Shown: positions 1 through 10,505 of the stretch, one piece after another
Layout: each line of letters begins with the position of its first letter
Position numbering within the stretch: position 1 is the first letter of the stretch
Origin: an uncultured Acidobacteriota bacterium
GTDB taxonomy: Bacteria > Acidobacteriota > Thermoanaerobaculia > Gp7-AA8
Assembly (NCBI GenBank): GCA_963822445.1
Contig: CAWGHO010000002.1
Location: 2,240,001-2,304,000, forward strand
Reading direction: 5' to 3'
DNA length: 64,000 nucleotides
Made by a program: the position numbers and the translations under genes
Notes under the pieces: model-generated
Seen by the model: only the letters and a program-made list of their open reading frames with translations
Database searches by the model: none
Told to the model about the DNA's origin: nothing

Positions 1-1020
1 CGTCGACATGCCGCTCAACTCGATTCCGGCGACGACGACTCTCGCCGCGCTGGAGATCAAGCAGCGCGCGCTCGAAGGCAAGTGCCAGGTCGACGTCGCG
101 TTGTGGGGCGGAGTCGTGCCCGGCAACACGAAAGAGCTGCGGCCGATGCTCGAGGCCGGGCGCGGCCGGCTTCAAGTGCTTTCTCGTGCATTCGGGCGTC
201 GAGGATTTCCCGAACGTAAACGAAGAGGAGTTGCGCGAAGCCGCGAAGGAGCTCGCGTCGACCGGCGCGCCGCTGCTCGTGCACGCGGAGCTTCCCGAGT
301 ACATCGAAAGCACGGCCGGCGAGCGACTACCGCACCTATCTCGCATCGCGGCCGAACGAGGCGGAGGACAAAGCGATCGAGCTGCTGCTGCGCGTCTGCC
401 GCGACACCGGCGCGCGCATTCACATCGTCCATCTCTCCTCGGCCAGCGCGCTGAAGACGCTCGAGCTCGCGCGACGCCAGCGATTGCCGCTCACCGCCGA
501 GACCACCACGCATTACCTGCACTTCGATGCGGAGTCGATCCCGTACGGCCACACCGAATACAAATGCGCGCCGCCGATCCGCGAGCGCGCGAATCGCGAG
601 CGGTTGTGGGGCGCGCTGAAGGATGGGCTGATCGACGTGGTGGTCAGCGATCACTCGCCCTGCACGCCGCATCTGAAGCAGGGCGATTTTCAAACCGCGT
701 GGGGCGGCATCTCGTCGCGTGCAGTTCGTGCTGCCGGTGACGTGGACGAATGCCCGCGCTCGCGGATTCAGCGATCGACGACGTTGCCAGGTGGTGCTGC
801 GCGTCGACGGCGCGGCTCGCGGGGCTGGAGCACAAGGGCGCGATCGAAGTGGGCAAGGATGCCGACTTTGCGGTGTGGTCGCCAGAGGAATCGTTCGTGG
901 TGACGCGAGGAGATCATCGAGCACCGGCACAAGGTCACGCCGTACCTCGGCGCGAAGCTGCAGGGGGTGGTGAAGGAGACGTGGGTTCGAGGTTCCTTGG
1001 TCTATCCTTCGACGCGCTAG
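1..1020 (+). CDS. allB: Allantoinase (5'-partial, several frameshifts)
   Basis: Motifs spread over frames: DMPLNSIP, VHAE, ETTTHYL, EYKCAPPIR, VVSDHSPC, AWGGISS, KGAIEVGKDADF; stop TAG at 1018-1020; purine catabolism context. Confidence 0.85.
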
Positions 1021-1035
1021 CGTCGGAGGATAGAC
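1000..1035. repeat. Palindrome GTCTATCCTTCG...CGGAGGATAGAC (related copy at 53356-53400)
   Basis: gtctatccttcgacgc-gcta-gcgtcggaggatagac forms a 16-bp stem. Confidence 0.6.
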
Positions 1036-1043
1036 TCTCGAGG

Positions 1044-2493
1044 ATGCGGCCAGACTTTCACGAATTAATCGACCTCGCCTCCGAACGCCTCGGCGGCGAG
1101 CGTCGTCTACGCAAACGACGACTTCTTCGCCGAGAAGGAGAACCTCATCAGGCCCGCGCCGGCCGTGTGGAAAGAGCACGAGTACACCGACCGCGGGAAG
1201 TGGATGGACGGGTGGGAATCGCGGCGCAAGCGCGTCCCGGGCCATGACTTCGCGATCATCCGCCTCGGCGCGCGCGGCGTCGTGCGCGGCGTGGTCGTCG
1301 ATACGGCGTTCTTCCGCGGGAACTATCCCGGCGTCATGCTCGATCGACGGCGTTTCGCTGCGACCCGACGCCGACGTCGAGACGCTGCTCGCCGCCGAAT
1401 GGCACGAGCTGCTTCCGCAGTCGGAGCTCCAGGGCGACAGCGAGAACCTCATTCGAAGTCGCGAACGGCGCAGCCGTCTCGCATCTGCGCTTCAACATTT
1501 TCCCCGACGGCGGCGTGGCGCGTCTGCGCGTGCACGGCGAGGTCGTTCCGGACTGGCGCCTCGTCGGCGGCCTCGGCGAACGAGATCGATCTCGCGGCCG
1601 CGGAGAACGGCGGCGAGGTGCTGACGTGCAGCGACATGTTCTTCGGCCCGAAGCACAACCTGATCATGCCCGGCCGCGCGAAGAACATGAGCGACGGCTG
1701 GGAAACGCGTCGCCGCCGCGGGCCGGGACACGATTGGGTGATCGTGCAGCTTGCGACCGCGGGACGCGTGAGGCGGATCGAGCTCGACACGAATCACTTC
1801 AAGGGCAACTACCCCGACACGGCTTCGATCGACGGATCGCGCGACGGTGAGACCTGGACCGAAATCCTGCCGCGCACGAAACTGCAGGCACACACGCGGC
1901 ACTTCTTCATCGACGAGCTCCAGAGCGACGGGCCGTTCACGCATCTGCGGCTCAACGTTTATCCCGATGGGGGCGTTAGCCGGATGCGGGTGTGGGGAGT
2001 GGCGACGGAGGAAGGCAGGCGCGCGGCCGCGGTGCGTCGCGTTAACACTCTGCTCGATCCGCGTGTCCTTCTCACCGTGAACGCATCGACGACGTGGGCG
2101 AACGCGATGGACCGCGCGCGGCCGTTCAAGTCGTGGGACGAGATGATCGCGATGTCCGACAAGATCTGGACGCGCATCGACGCCAGCGACTGGCTCGAGG
2201 CCTTCGCCGCGCATCCGCGCATCGGCGACCGCAAACCGGGATGGTCCTCGCAGGAACAGGCCGGAACGCGGGGCGCGGCCGACGAAACGATGCGCGAGCT
2301 CGCCGAGATCAATCGCGCGTACGAGGATAAATTCGGCTTCGTGTACCTCGTCTGCGCGACGGGCAAGTCGGCCGACGAAATGCTCGCCATCGCGAAGAGC
2401 CGCATCGGCAACGATCGCGATACCGAACTGAAAAACGCCGCCGAGGAGCAGCGGAAGATCACCGCGATCCGGCTGGAGAAACTGGTGCTCTGA
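1044..2493 (+). CDS. alc: Allantoicase fused to C-terminal OHCU decarboxylase (UraD); frameshifted
   Basis: Two allantoicase repeats (KWMDGWESRRKR; DGWETRRRRGPGHDW; HFKGNYP; PDGGVSRMRVWG), then WLEAFAAHPRIG, SSQEQAG, NRAYEDKFGFVYLVCATG, EQRKITAIRL in one frame. Confidence 0.85.
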
Positions 2494-2798
2494 TGGCAGG
2501 AATCACCACTCATGTCCTCGACACGGCCAAGGGCAAGCCCGCGGCCGGCGTAAGCATCACCCTGCTGCGCGATGACGAAGCGCTGTTCGTTGGCGAGACC
2601 GACGCGGACGGCCGCGCACGGTTGTTGGACAAGGCCGAACCGGGCACGTATCAACTGCTCTTCGACACCGGCGCGTACAACTCCGACGGCTTCTTTCCGA
2701 TCGTCACGATCGTGTTCCGCATCGAGAACCCCGATCAGCACTACCACGTGCCGCTGCTTCTGAGCCCGTTCGGGTACGCGACGTATCGCGGTTCGTGA
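2493..2798 (+). CDS. uraH: 5-hydroxyisourate hydrolase (transthyretin-like)
   Basis: ITTHVLD...G.PA, HYHVPLLLSPFGYATYRGS C-terminal signature. Confidence 0.95.
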   Translation: MAGITTHVLDTAKGKPAAGVSITLLRDDEALFVGETDADGRARLLDKAEPGTYQLLFDTGAYNSDGFFPIVTIVFRIENPDQHYHVPLLLSPFGYATYRGS

Positions 2799-2805
2799 TG
2801 AGGAA

Positions 2806-2830
2806 AGGCAGGCCAGAGGCCTGCACCACA
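2806..2830. repeat. Single REP-like palindrome related to the 12773 doublet
   Basis: ggcaggccagaggcctgcaccaca between convergent genes. Confidence 0.45.
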
Positions 2831-2835
2831 CGACG

Positions 2836-4131
2836 CTACACCGCGCGCCGTCCCTGCAGAATCTTCACGAACGACCGCGACCGCAACTCTTCCAACCTCA
2901 GCCCCGTCGCCAGCGCCTCTTCTTCGGTGAGCGCGCCGCTGTTCATGCCGCGAATGAAGTAGTTCAGCAGGCCCTGGCCCGTGGCCGCGTCGTCGAACAC
3001 GTCGCCGACCAGCGTCGCCTGCCCGGCCTTCTCCATGAAGTTGCGCAGGCGATCCGTCGCGGCCTCGAGGCCGTCGAGGAAGAACGAGTAGACCGCGGCG
3101 TAACGCGTCGGCAGCTGCGCGGGATGCAGGTCCCAGCCCTGGTAGTACGCGTGAACCAGCGAGTGGCGTATGTGCTGGACGTGCAGGTGCCAGGCGCGGT
3201 GGATGGTCTCGCGATCGCCGATGGGGAGGATGTTCGTCGCGCCGTCGGAGAGCCAGATGCCCGTGCCGGCGTAGGCGATCTGCATCATGTGCCGCGCGAA
3301 ATCGCACGACGGGTGGTCCATCCGCTGTTCGGCCGCCGTGATGTTGCAACTCGCGGTGTAGTCGTACGTTCCGAAATGCGCGGCGACCGCACGGCCGCGC
3401 GCGGCGTCGAGGAAGCGCGGCAGGTTCGACTCGCCGCGCTCGCTCAGAATCGATTGCGTCGTCTCGATCATGAACTCGAGCCGCAACGTGTCGCGACCCA
3501 GTCCGAGCTTCGCCTCCAGCTCGTCGTAGACATCCGCGAGCAGCGTGACCTGTTCCGGTAGCTGAATCTTCGGCAGCGTGACCACCCAGTTTCCTGGCAG
3601 CTGGCCGTTCGTTTCGTCGAGGAGCGTCGTCAGCAGGATGTCGAGCGTGCGCAGACTGCGGCGCATCAGCTCCTGGGTCAGCGGCTTGATGCGGATGCCG
3701 ATGAACGGCGGCAGCGTGCCTTCGCGCATCCCCTTGGCGATCTCGCGAGCGACGCTCTCCGCGTGACCGTCTTCTTCGGCATCGGGTCGATTGCCGTAGC
3801 CGTCCTCGAAGTCGATGCGGAAGTCTTCGACCGGCTCGCGCGCCAGCTTCTCGACCACGCGCTGCCAGACGACTTCGGCATGCGAGTCAGGAATGCCGAT
3901 CGCACGCGCGAAGGTGAACGGATCGACGCCGTGCGTGTCGAGCGCCTGCGCGGCCTTCTCGCCGAGCTTGCGGGCCGTGTCCGATTTGAACAGATGCGCG
4001 CCGCCGTAGACGGTGTGTACGGGCTGCCGCTCGCCGGCGCTGCCGGGAAAGCGGCGCATGAACGGGACGAGGGCCCGTTCGAGCGGCTGCGTCAGTGATT
4101 GGAGATGTGCGGAGGTGAGTGTCGTCTTCAC
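2836..4131 (-). CDS. HpcH/HpaI aldolase-citrate lyase superfamily protein (DUF6986-like)
   Basis: RQPVHTVYGGAHLF, EDFRIDFEDGYG, EFMIET, HFGTYDYTA, LSDGATN, QGWDLHPAQL; GTG start overlaps puuD stop (GTGA). Confidence 0.75.
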   Translation of the reverse strand: MKTTLTSAHLQSLTQPLERALVPFMRRFPGSAGERQPVHTVYGGAHLFKSDTARKLGEKAAQALDTHGVDPFTFARAIGIPDSHAEVVWQRVVEKLAREPVEDFRIDFEDGYGNRPDAEEDGHAESVAREIAKGMREGTLPPFIGIRIKPLTQELMRRSLRTLDILLTTLLDETNGQLPGNWVVTLPKIQLPEQVTLLADVYDELEAKLGLGRDTLRLEFMIETTQSILSERGESNLPRFLDAARGRAVAAHFGTYDYTASCNITAAEQRMDHPSCDFARHMMQIAYAGTGIWLSDGATNILPIGDRETIHRAWHLHVQHIRHSLVHAYYQGWDLHPAQLPTRYAAVYSFFLDGLEAATDRLRNFMEKAGQATLVGDVFDDAATGQGLLNYFIRGMNSGALTEEEALATGLRLEELRSRSFVKILQGRRAV

Positions 4132-4904
4132 TGCTTGCGAATGATATGCGCGACCGCCCATCCGACGAGCGTGAGCACCGCCAGCACGGTCCACTCATAG
4201 CCGCGCGTGGCCACCGGGTAGTGGTTGCTGATCATGATCAAGACGACGGGGATGACGATGTAGGTGTTGTGCTTCGAGCGGAACTTCGCGCGGTCGACGA
4301 GGACTTTGTCCGGCTCGCGTCCTTCGCGCAACGCCGCGATGTAGCGGCGCTGGCCGGGGAGAATGCGCATCCAGACGTTGGCGGCCATGATCGTGCCGAG
4401 GACGGCGCCGACGTGCATGTAGGCGGCGCGGGGGCTCATGACCTGCGGGAGCCACCAGCCGAGCGCGACGATGAGCACGTAGGAAATGAGGATGGCCAGC
4501 GGCTCGATCTTCGCCAGCGGCGAGATCCACAGCAGGTCGTAAATGATCCAGCCGACGATGATCGCGCCGATGCCGACCATCGCCGCGGTCTGGAAGTTCT
4601 TCCCTTCATCGACCAGCAATCCACCCGCGTAGTAGATGAGGATCAGCAGGGGAATGCCGCTCAGCCAGGTCAGCGCCGCTTCCCACTTGAACCAGTGCAG
4701 GCCGTGCGATGCGGACGGTTTGCTCTGCTTTTCGACGACGTAGAACCCGCCGCTGTGGACCATCCACACCTGTTCCGGGTCGGTGGTGTGGAACCGGCGA
4801 TCGAGCCAGGTGAAGTAGTACGTCGCGCCCACCCACATGATCCCTGCGAAGACGTGCGTCCAGCGCAGCGCGAGGCTCAGCCACTCCTGCATTGTGTAGT
4901 TCAC
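4128..4904 (-). CDS. puuD: Membrane urate hydroxylase PuuD-like (Urate_ox_N/DUF989), no cytochrome c domain
   Basis: LRWTHVFAGIMWVG, WMVHSGGFY, LHWFKWEA, GTIMAANVW, RSKHNTY, MISNHYP; multiple TM helices. Confidence 0.85.
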   Translation of the reverse strand: MNYTMQEWLSLALRWTHVFAGIMWVGATYYFTWLDRRFHTTDPEQVWMVHSGGFYVVEKQSKPSASHGLHWFKWEAALTWLSGIPLLILIYYAGGLLVDEGKNFQTAAMVGIGAIIVGWIIYDLLWISPLAKIEPLAILISYVLIVALGWWLPQVMSPRAAYMHVGAVLGTIMAANVWMRILPGQRRYIAALREGREPDKVLVDRAKFRSKHNTYIVIPVVLIMISNHYPVATRGYEWTVLAVLTLVGWAVAHIIRKQ

Positions 4905-7222
4905 GCGACGGCCGTCCCACGCTTCGTGTACTGCGTCAATCGCATCAAAATCTCCTCGTTCGTCGCCGGCAACTGCAGTTGGGGCACGTCGCCGTTCGAC
5001 ACGAACGTCAGCGCGTGCTTCACCGCCGTCCAGACAGAGATGGCCATGAGCAGCGGCGGCTCGCCGACGGCTTTGCTGCCGCCGACGTTGACCGGGTTGT
5101 CGTGATCGATCCAGTCGACGTTGAACACTTCGGGCAGGTCGTTGATGTTCGGGATCTTGTACGTCGTCGGCGAATGCGACAGCAGCACGCCCTTGTCGTC
5201 GTAGCGCAGCTCCTCGGTCGTGACCCAGCCCATGCCCTGGATGAATCCGCCGACGAGCTGGCCGCGGTCGACGCCGGGATTGATGGGACGGCCGATGTCC
5301 ATGAGCACATCCGAGCGCAGCACCTTCATCTCGCCGGTGAACCGATCGATCAGCACCTCGGAACAAGCCGTGCCCATGGTGAAGTAGAGGAAGGGATTGC
5401 CGCTGCCGCTGGTCCAGCTCCAGTCGATGCGCGGCGTGGCGTAGAAGCCGCGCTCGCCGAGCGGCACGCGCAGCTTGTAGGCCATGCTCACCAGGTTCTC
5501 GAAGCTGATGCGCGTTCCGACGCGGCGGTCGTCCCAGACCCAGCCGTCTTCGAAAAGAATCGATTCCGGCGAAGCCTCGACGTCGCGTTCATGGACGGCG
5601 ATCTCCCGCGCGGCGACGTCGGCCAATCTCGCGCGGATGCGGCGGCACGCGTCCAGCGCCGCGGCGCAGTTCAGATCGGCGCCGCTCGAGGCCGCGGTCG
5701 CGGAGGTGTTGTTGTTCTTCTCGGTCGAGGTGATCATCACCATCACCCGATCGATGGCGATCGCCCAGCTCGTCCGCGACGACCTGGCGGATCTTCGTGT
5801 TCACGCCCTGGCCCATCTCCGTGGCGCCGGTCGAGACCTGCACCGTTCCGTCGAGGTAGACGTTGACCAGGGCGTTGGCCTGGTTGAGGAACTTGGTGTT
5901 GAAGGAGATCCCGAACTTCACCGCGCTCATCGACAGACCTTTGAGATGCGTCTTCGACGTCGCGTTGAAATCGCGGACGGCCTGCATGCGCGCGCGAGTA
6001 GTCGGAGCGATCGGTGAGCTCGAGGAAGAGCCGCGGCAGGGTGTTGTTGCGCACGATCTGCCCGTACGGCGTCACATTGCGCGAATCGACGCCGTAGCAG
6101 TTGGTCTTGCGGATCTCGATCGCGTCCTTCCTCAGAAAGTGAGCGATCTCCTCCATCACGTTCTCGATGGTGGCGACGCCCTGCGGTCCGCCGAATCCGC
6201 GGAAGGCTGTGTTCGGCGGCATGTTGGTGCGGCAGACCGTTCCGCGGATCTCGATGTTCGGGATGAAGTACGCGTTCTCAGCGTGGGTCATCGCGCGAGC
6301 CATGACCGCGAGCGAGAGATCGGCGTACGCGACCACCCTGCGAATAGAGATCGACTTTCAGCGCGACGATCTCGCCGGTGCGGGTGAACCCGACGCGATA
6401 GCGGTTCTGGAACGGGTGGCGTTTTCCCGTCACGTGCATGTCCGTGTCTTTGTCGTAGACGATGCGCGCCGGCCGCCGCGTCTTCTGCGCGACGAGCGCC
6501 GCCATGGCCGCGGGATGCGTGGCCTGCGACTCCTTGCCGCCGAATGCGCCGCCCATCCGCTTCGTCGACACCACGACTTCATGCATTCCCAATCCGAGGA
6601 GGTGGGCGATGACTTCCTGCACCTCGGTCGGATGTTGCGTCGACGACAGCACGTTCAGCGCGCCGTTCTCACCCGGCTGAATCAGCGCGGCCTGGGACTC
6701 GAGGTAGAAGTGGTCCTGCCCTTTGTTGACGAAGACGCCTTCGATGACGTGCTCCGCTCCGGCCATCGCCCCGTCGGCATCACCGCGGCGGATGAAGCGC
6801 GTCTCGCCGATGAAGCTGTTCGCGGCGATGGCCTCGTCGATGGTGAGAATCGGCTGCAATTCTTCGAAGTCGATCCGCACCGCTTTCTTCGCGGCCTCGA
6901 CAGCCTGGCGCGTCTCCGCGGCAATGACCACGATCGGCTGCCCGCGAAACGTGCAGATCTCTTCGACCAGCAGCGGCTCGTCTTTGATGATCGGCCCGAA
7001 CTGGTTGTGATGCAGATCGTGATGCGTGTAGACGCCCGCAACGCCGGGGACCTTCAGCGCCTCGGCGACGTCGATCGAACGAACGCGCGCATGCGAAAAC
7101 GGCGACCAGACGAAGTCGACCAGCAGCTCGCCGTGCAGCGGCGGAATGTCGTCGACATACAGCGACTGGCCGGTCACATGGCCGCGCGCGGAGTCGTGGA
7201 CGACGTTCTTGCCTACGTACAT
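4901..7222 (-). CDS. xdhB: Xanthine dehydrogenase molybdopterin-binding subunit (about 3 frameshifts)
   Basis: HDSARGHVTG, QDHFYLE, RMGGAFGGKESQA, AFRGFGGPQG, TEMGQG, SATAASSGADLN, GGFIQGMG, SKAVGEPPL across four ORF pieces. Confidence 0.92.
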
Positions 7223-8616
7223 GTCTCGTAATAGAAGCGCTGGAGAACATTCTCCGCGAGTTGCAGCCTGAATTCACGCGAGCCGCGCACATCGGCAATC
7301 GGCGCGATCTCGTTCCGGGCAATCTCACCCGCCTCGGCGAAGGTATCGAGGCTGACCGGTTTTCCCGCGAGAAACTCCTCGGTCTTCTGAAGCCGCAACA
7401 CCACCGGCGCGACACCGCCGTACGCGATGCGGATCGAATCGACTCGCCCGTCCGTGCGGCGCATGAGCATCGCCGCGGTGAACGTGGAGATGTCGAGATG
7501 GCTGCGCTTCGAGACTTTGTACAGGCGCAGCGTGTCGCCGTTCGCGGGGAGAGGAATGATGATGCGGGTGATGATCTCGTCGGGACGGAGATCGAGGGTT
7601 TTGTATCCGAGGTAGAAGTCCTTGATGGGGAGGTTCCGGGGGCCGGAGGATCCCATCAGCTCGAGCGTGGCGCCGGTCACGAAGAGGAACGGCAGCGTGT
7701 CGGCGATCGGCGACGCATTGGCGATGTTCCCCGCGACGGTGCCGGCGTTCTTGATCTGCGGCGAGCCGAAGCGGTCCATGATCCCGGCGAGCTCCGGAAC
7801 GAGATCGCGCACCGCAGATTCGAACTGCGCGAGCGAAACGCGGCCGCCGACATGCAGCTCTCCGCCTTCGAGCTTCACATCGCCGAGGCCTTCGATGGCG
7901 TCGAGCGACAGCACGGCTTCCGGTACGAAGCCGCGTTTCGTGCGCCACACGCCGAAGTCCGTCGCGCCCTGGACGATCACGCATTTCGGATGATCGACCT
8001 TGAAGGCGATCGCGCTCTGGAGATCGACAGGTTTGAAGAACGTACCGATTTGAACGGGCTCCGTCGCGATTTTCTCGATCTCCGCGATGATCGGCGCGCT
8101 GGGATAAATCTGTTCCATGCGCGGCGCTTCGGTCGATTCGAGGGCGGCGTTGATGATCGGCTCGTAGCCCGTGCAGCGGCAGAGATTGCCGGTCAGCGCG
8201 GCGCGGACATCCTTCGCGGTCGCATGCTCGACGCACTCGAGCATTCCGGTCATGGCCACGATGAAGCCGGGCGTGCAGTAACCGCACTGCGCGCCGTGGC
8301 AGCGGACCATCGCTTCCTGAATCGCGCTGAGCCGCTCCGGACCGCCGCTCACGCCTTCGACGGTGACGACATGCGCGCCGTCGAGCTGGAAGACGAACTG
8401 GATGCAGGAGTTGATGACCCGGTAGCGGAGTCGGTCGCCGTCGCGCCGTCCCACCATCACCGTGCACGCGCCGCAATCGCCTTCCTCGCAGACGATCTTG
8501 GTTCCCACCGCCCCGCGGCCTTCATCGCGCAGAAATCGGGAGAGCGTCTCGAAGACGCGCTCGCCGGTGACGCGGTGGGGACGGCCGTTGATGTGAAGGA
8601 GGACGTAGTCGCGCAT
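7213..8616 (-). CDS. xdhA: Xanthine dehydrogenase 2Fe-2S/FAD subunit
   Basis: GTKIVCEEGDCGACTV, QCGYCTPG, GNLCRCTGY, QIKNAGTVAGNIANASPIAD. Confidence 0.93.
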   Translation of the reverse strand: MRDYVLLHINGRPHRVTGERVFETLSRFLRDEGRGAVGTKIVCEEGDCGACTVMVGRRDGDRLRYRVINSCIQFVFQLDGAHVVTVEGVSGGPERLSAIQEAMVRCHGAQCGYCTPGFIVAMTGMLECVEHATAKDVRAALTGNLCRCTGYEPIINAALESTEAPRMEQIYPSAPIIAEIEKIATEPVQIGTFFKPVDLQSAIAFKVDHPKCVIVQGATDFGVWRTKRGFVPEAVLSLDAIEGLGDVKLEGGELHVGGRVSLAQFESAVRDLVPELAGIMDRFGSPQIKNAGTVAGNIANASPIADTLPFLFVTGATLELMGSSGPRNLPIKDFYLGYKTLDLRPDEIITRIIIPLPANGDTLRLYKVSKRSHLDISTFTAAMLMRRTDGRVDSIRIAYGGVAPVVLRLQKTEEFLAGKPVSLDTFAEAGEIARNEIAPIADVRGSREFRLQLAENVLQRFYYETCT

Positions 8617-8668
8617 GGGGGCCGGCCGCCGATTGTACGGCAGGAGCCCCGCACGCTAGGATTCGCGG

Positions 8669-9739
8669 ATGGCAGTGCGGACAGTGATCGTGGGTACGGG
8701 CAGCTACATCCCGCCGGTGCGCGTCCCGAATGACGCCTTCCTGGACCGCGACTTCCGGGACAGCGATGGGTCGCCTCTCGCGAAGACCAACCCCGAGATC
8801 CTCCAGCAGTTCGAGTCGATCACCGGGATCGGCGAGCGCCGTTACGTGCCCGAAAACGTCGTGACCTCGGACATCGCCTTCGACGCGGCCAGGGACGCGC
8901 TCGAGTCATCAAAGGTCGATCCGGAATCGCTCGATTACCTGATCGTCGCCCACAACTTCGGCGACGTGCGAAAGGGCGGCCGCTCGGATCTCGTGCCGGC
9001 GCTTGCGGCGCGGGTCAAAGCGCGGCTGCAGATCAGGAACCCGTTCACCGTCGCTTACGACCTGGTGATGGGCTGTCCGGGCTGGCTGCAGGGGATGATC
9101 ACCGCCGACGCGCTGATCCGCGCCGGTGACGCGAAGCGGGCCATGGTCATCGGCGCGGAAACTCTGTCGCGCGTCTCCGATCCGCACGATCGCGACAGCC
9201 TGATTTACGCCGACGGCGCCGGCGCGACGATCGTGGAGGCGCGGGAGACGGCCGAGGATGTGGGGATGCTCGCGCACGCGACGCGGTCGGACACGCTCGA
9301 TCATTCGTCGATGCTCTCCATGGGCCCGTCGTACAAGGAGGAAGTCTTCCTCGAATCGCTCTTCCTGAAGATGGAAGGCCGCAAGCTCTACAAATACGCG
9401 CTGCAGACCGTGGCCGGGGCGATGCAGAAGTGTCTGGACAAGGCCGGCGTGACGATCAGTCAGGTGAAGAAGATCCTCCTGCATCAGGCCAACGGGAAGA
9501 TGGACGAGGCGATCCTGGCCGCGTTCTACGACATCTACGGGACGCCGCCGCCGCCTGATGTGCTCCCGATGACCATTTCGTGGCTCGGGAACAGCTCCGT
9601 GGCCACGGTGCCGACATTGATCGATTTGATCACCAAGGGGCGTCTGGAACCGCACCGCTTCAATTCCGGCGACATCCTCCTTTTTGCCTCGGTCGGCGCG
9701 GGGATGCACATCAACGCCGCGGCTTACCGCTGGGGTTGA
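8669..9739 (+). CDS. fabH: 3-oxoacyl-ACP synthase III family protein
   Basis: GTGSYIP, TGIGERRY, MGCPGW (Cys), LHQAN (His), GNSSVATVP (Asn). Confidence 0.85.
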   Translation: MAVRTVIVGTGSYIPPVRVPNDAFLDRDFRDSDGSPLAKTNPEILQQFESITGIGERRYVPENVVTSDIAFDAARDALESSKVDPESLDYLIVAHNFGDVRKGGRSDLVPALAARVKARLQIRNPFTVAYDLVMGCPGWLQGMITADALIRAGDAKRAMVIGAETLSRVSDPHDRDSLIYADGAGATIVEARETAEDVGMLAHATRSDTLDHSSMLSMGPSYKEEVFLESLFLKMEGRKLYKYALQTVAGAMQKCLDKAGVTISQVKKILLHQANGKMDEAILAAFYDIYGTPPPPDVLPMTISWLGNSSVATVPTLIDLITKGRLEPHRFNSGDILLFASVGAGMHINAAAYRWG

Positions 9740-9960
9740 TCGTCGGGTTCCTCCGGCCCGGGCTCGTACGCCAGCAGATCTCCCGGCTGACATTCGAGCG
9801 CTTCGCACAATTTCGCTAGCGTCGAGAAACGCACGCCGCGGACTTTGCCTGAGCGAAACAGCGAGAGATGGGTCTCGCTCACGCCGATCATCGCGGCGAC
9901 CTCTTTCGCCTTGAGCTTTCGCGCGGCGAGCACGGCGTCGATGGTGATGACGATCGGCAT
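9724..9960 (-). CDS. Cro/C1-type HTH regulator (YozG-like)
   Basis: MPIVITIDAVLA...GKVRGVRFSTLAKLCEALECQPGDLL; typical partner of DUF2975. Confidence 0.88.
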   Translation of the reverse strand: MPIVITIDAVLAARKLKAKEVAAMIGVSETHLSLFRSGKVRGVRFSTLAKLCEALECQPGDLLAYEPGPEEPDDQPQR

Positions 9961-10472
9961 CAGAAGATCTCGTCCAGTTCGGATTGAATCGCCGATGCGT
10001 GGCGCAACACGCCCGCCATCGCTTTGAGAGCGAGACCGATCGCGCCGAGCACGAGGCCCGCGGCATCGAAGGCGATCCAGTGGCCGGCGTGAAATCCGAG
10101 GAGATTGCAGATGCCTGGGACGAGGAAGATGCGCGCCGCTGAGCCGATGGCGAGGACGATGCCGACGCGATCGAGCATGCGCGTCATCGGCAGCGCGAAC
10201 AGCTCGCCGCGCGAGAACGCCGCCAGCGCCTCCCGCACCCACCACAGCCCCAGCAGAAACAGCCCCTCGGGGAGCGCGGCAACGGCCTGACAGGCGAGCT
10301 CGCGGAGGGCGTGTTCGGCGAAGCCGCTCTGGATGGCCTTGATCGTGACGTTGCTGAATCGCTCAAGAACGACGAGGGTCAGGCAGATGGCCCAGAGGAT
10401 GGTCACGAATCGCCGCATTTTCGCGCTAAGTCGCTGGATGGAAACGGTGTTATCGGTCATCACGCCGTTCAT
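9960..10472 (-). CDS. DUF2975 family membrane protein
   Basis: 4 TM segments, C-terminal AIQSELDEIF, coupled to HTH gene. Confidence 0.75.
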   Translation of the reverse strand: MNGVMTDNTVSIQRLSAKMRRFVTILWAICLTLVVLERFSNVTIKAIQSGFAEHALRELACQAVAALPEGLFLLGLWWVREALAAFSRGELFALPMTRMLDRVGIVLAIGSAARIFLVPGICNLLGFHAGHWIAFDAAGLVLGAIGLALKAMAGVLRHASAIQSELDEIF

Positions 10473-10505
10473 GGTAATTTAACTCTTAGTTAAAGTACAT
10501 CGCCG

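Noticed and set aside
1-7222. Frameshifted allB, alc and xdhB as pseudogenes or programmed frameshifts
   Set aside because: Single-base indels with otherwise intact motifs, no in-frame stops and no slippery sites seen; same pattern at ~15300, ~35305 and ~45948, best explained by sequencing error (needs reads to confirm)
8669-9739. Type III PKS or secondary-metabolite cluster
   Set aside because: Ordinary FabH-type motifs, isolated gene, no ACP or tailoring genes
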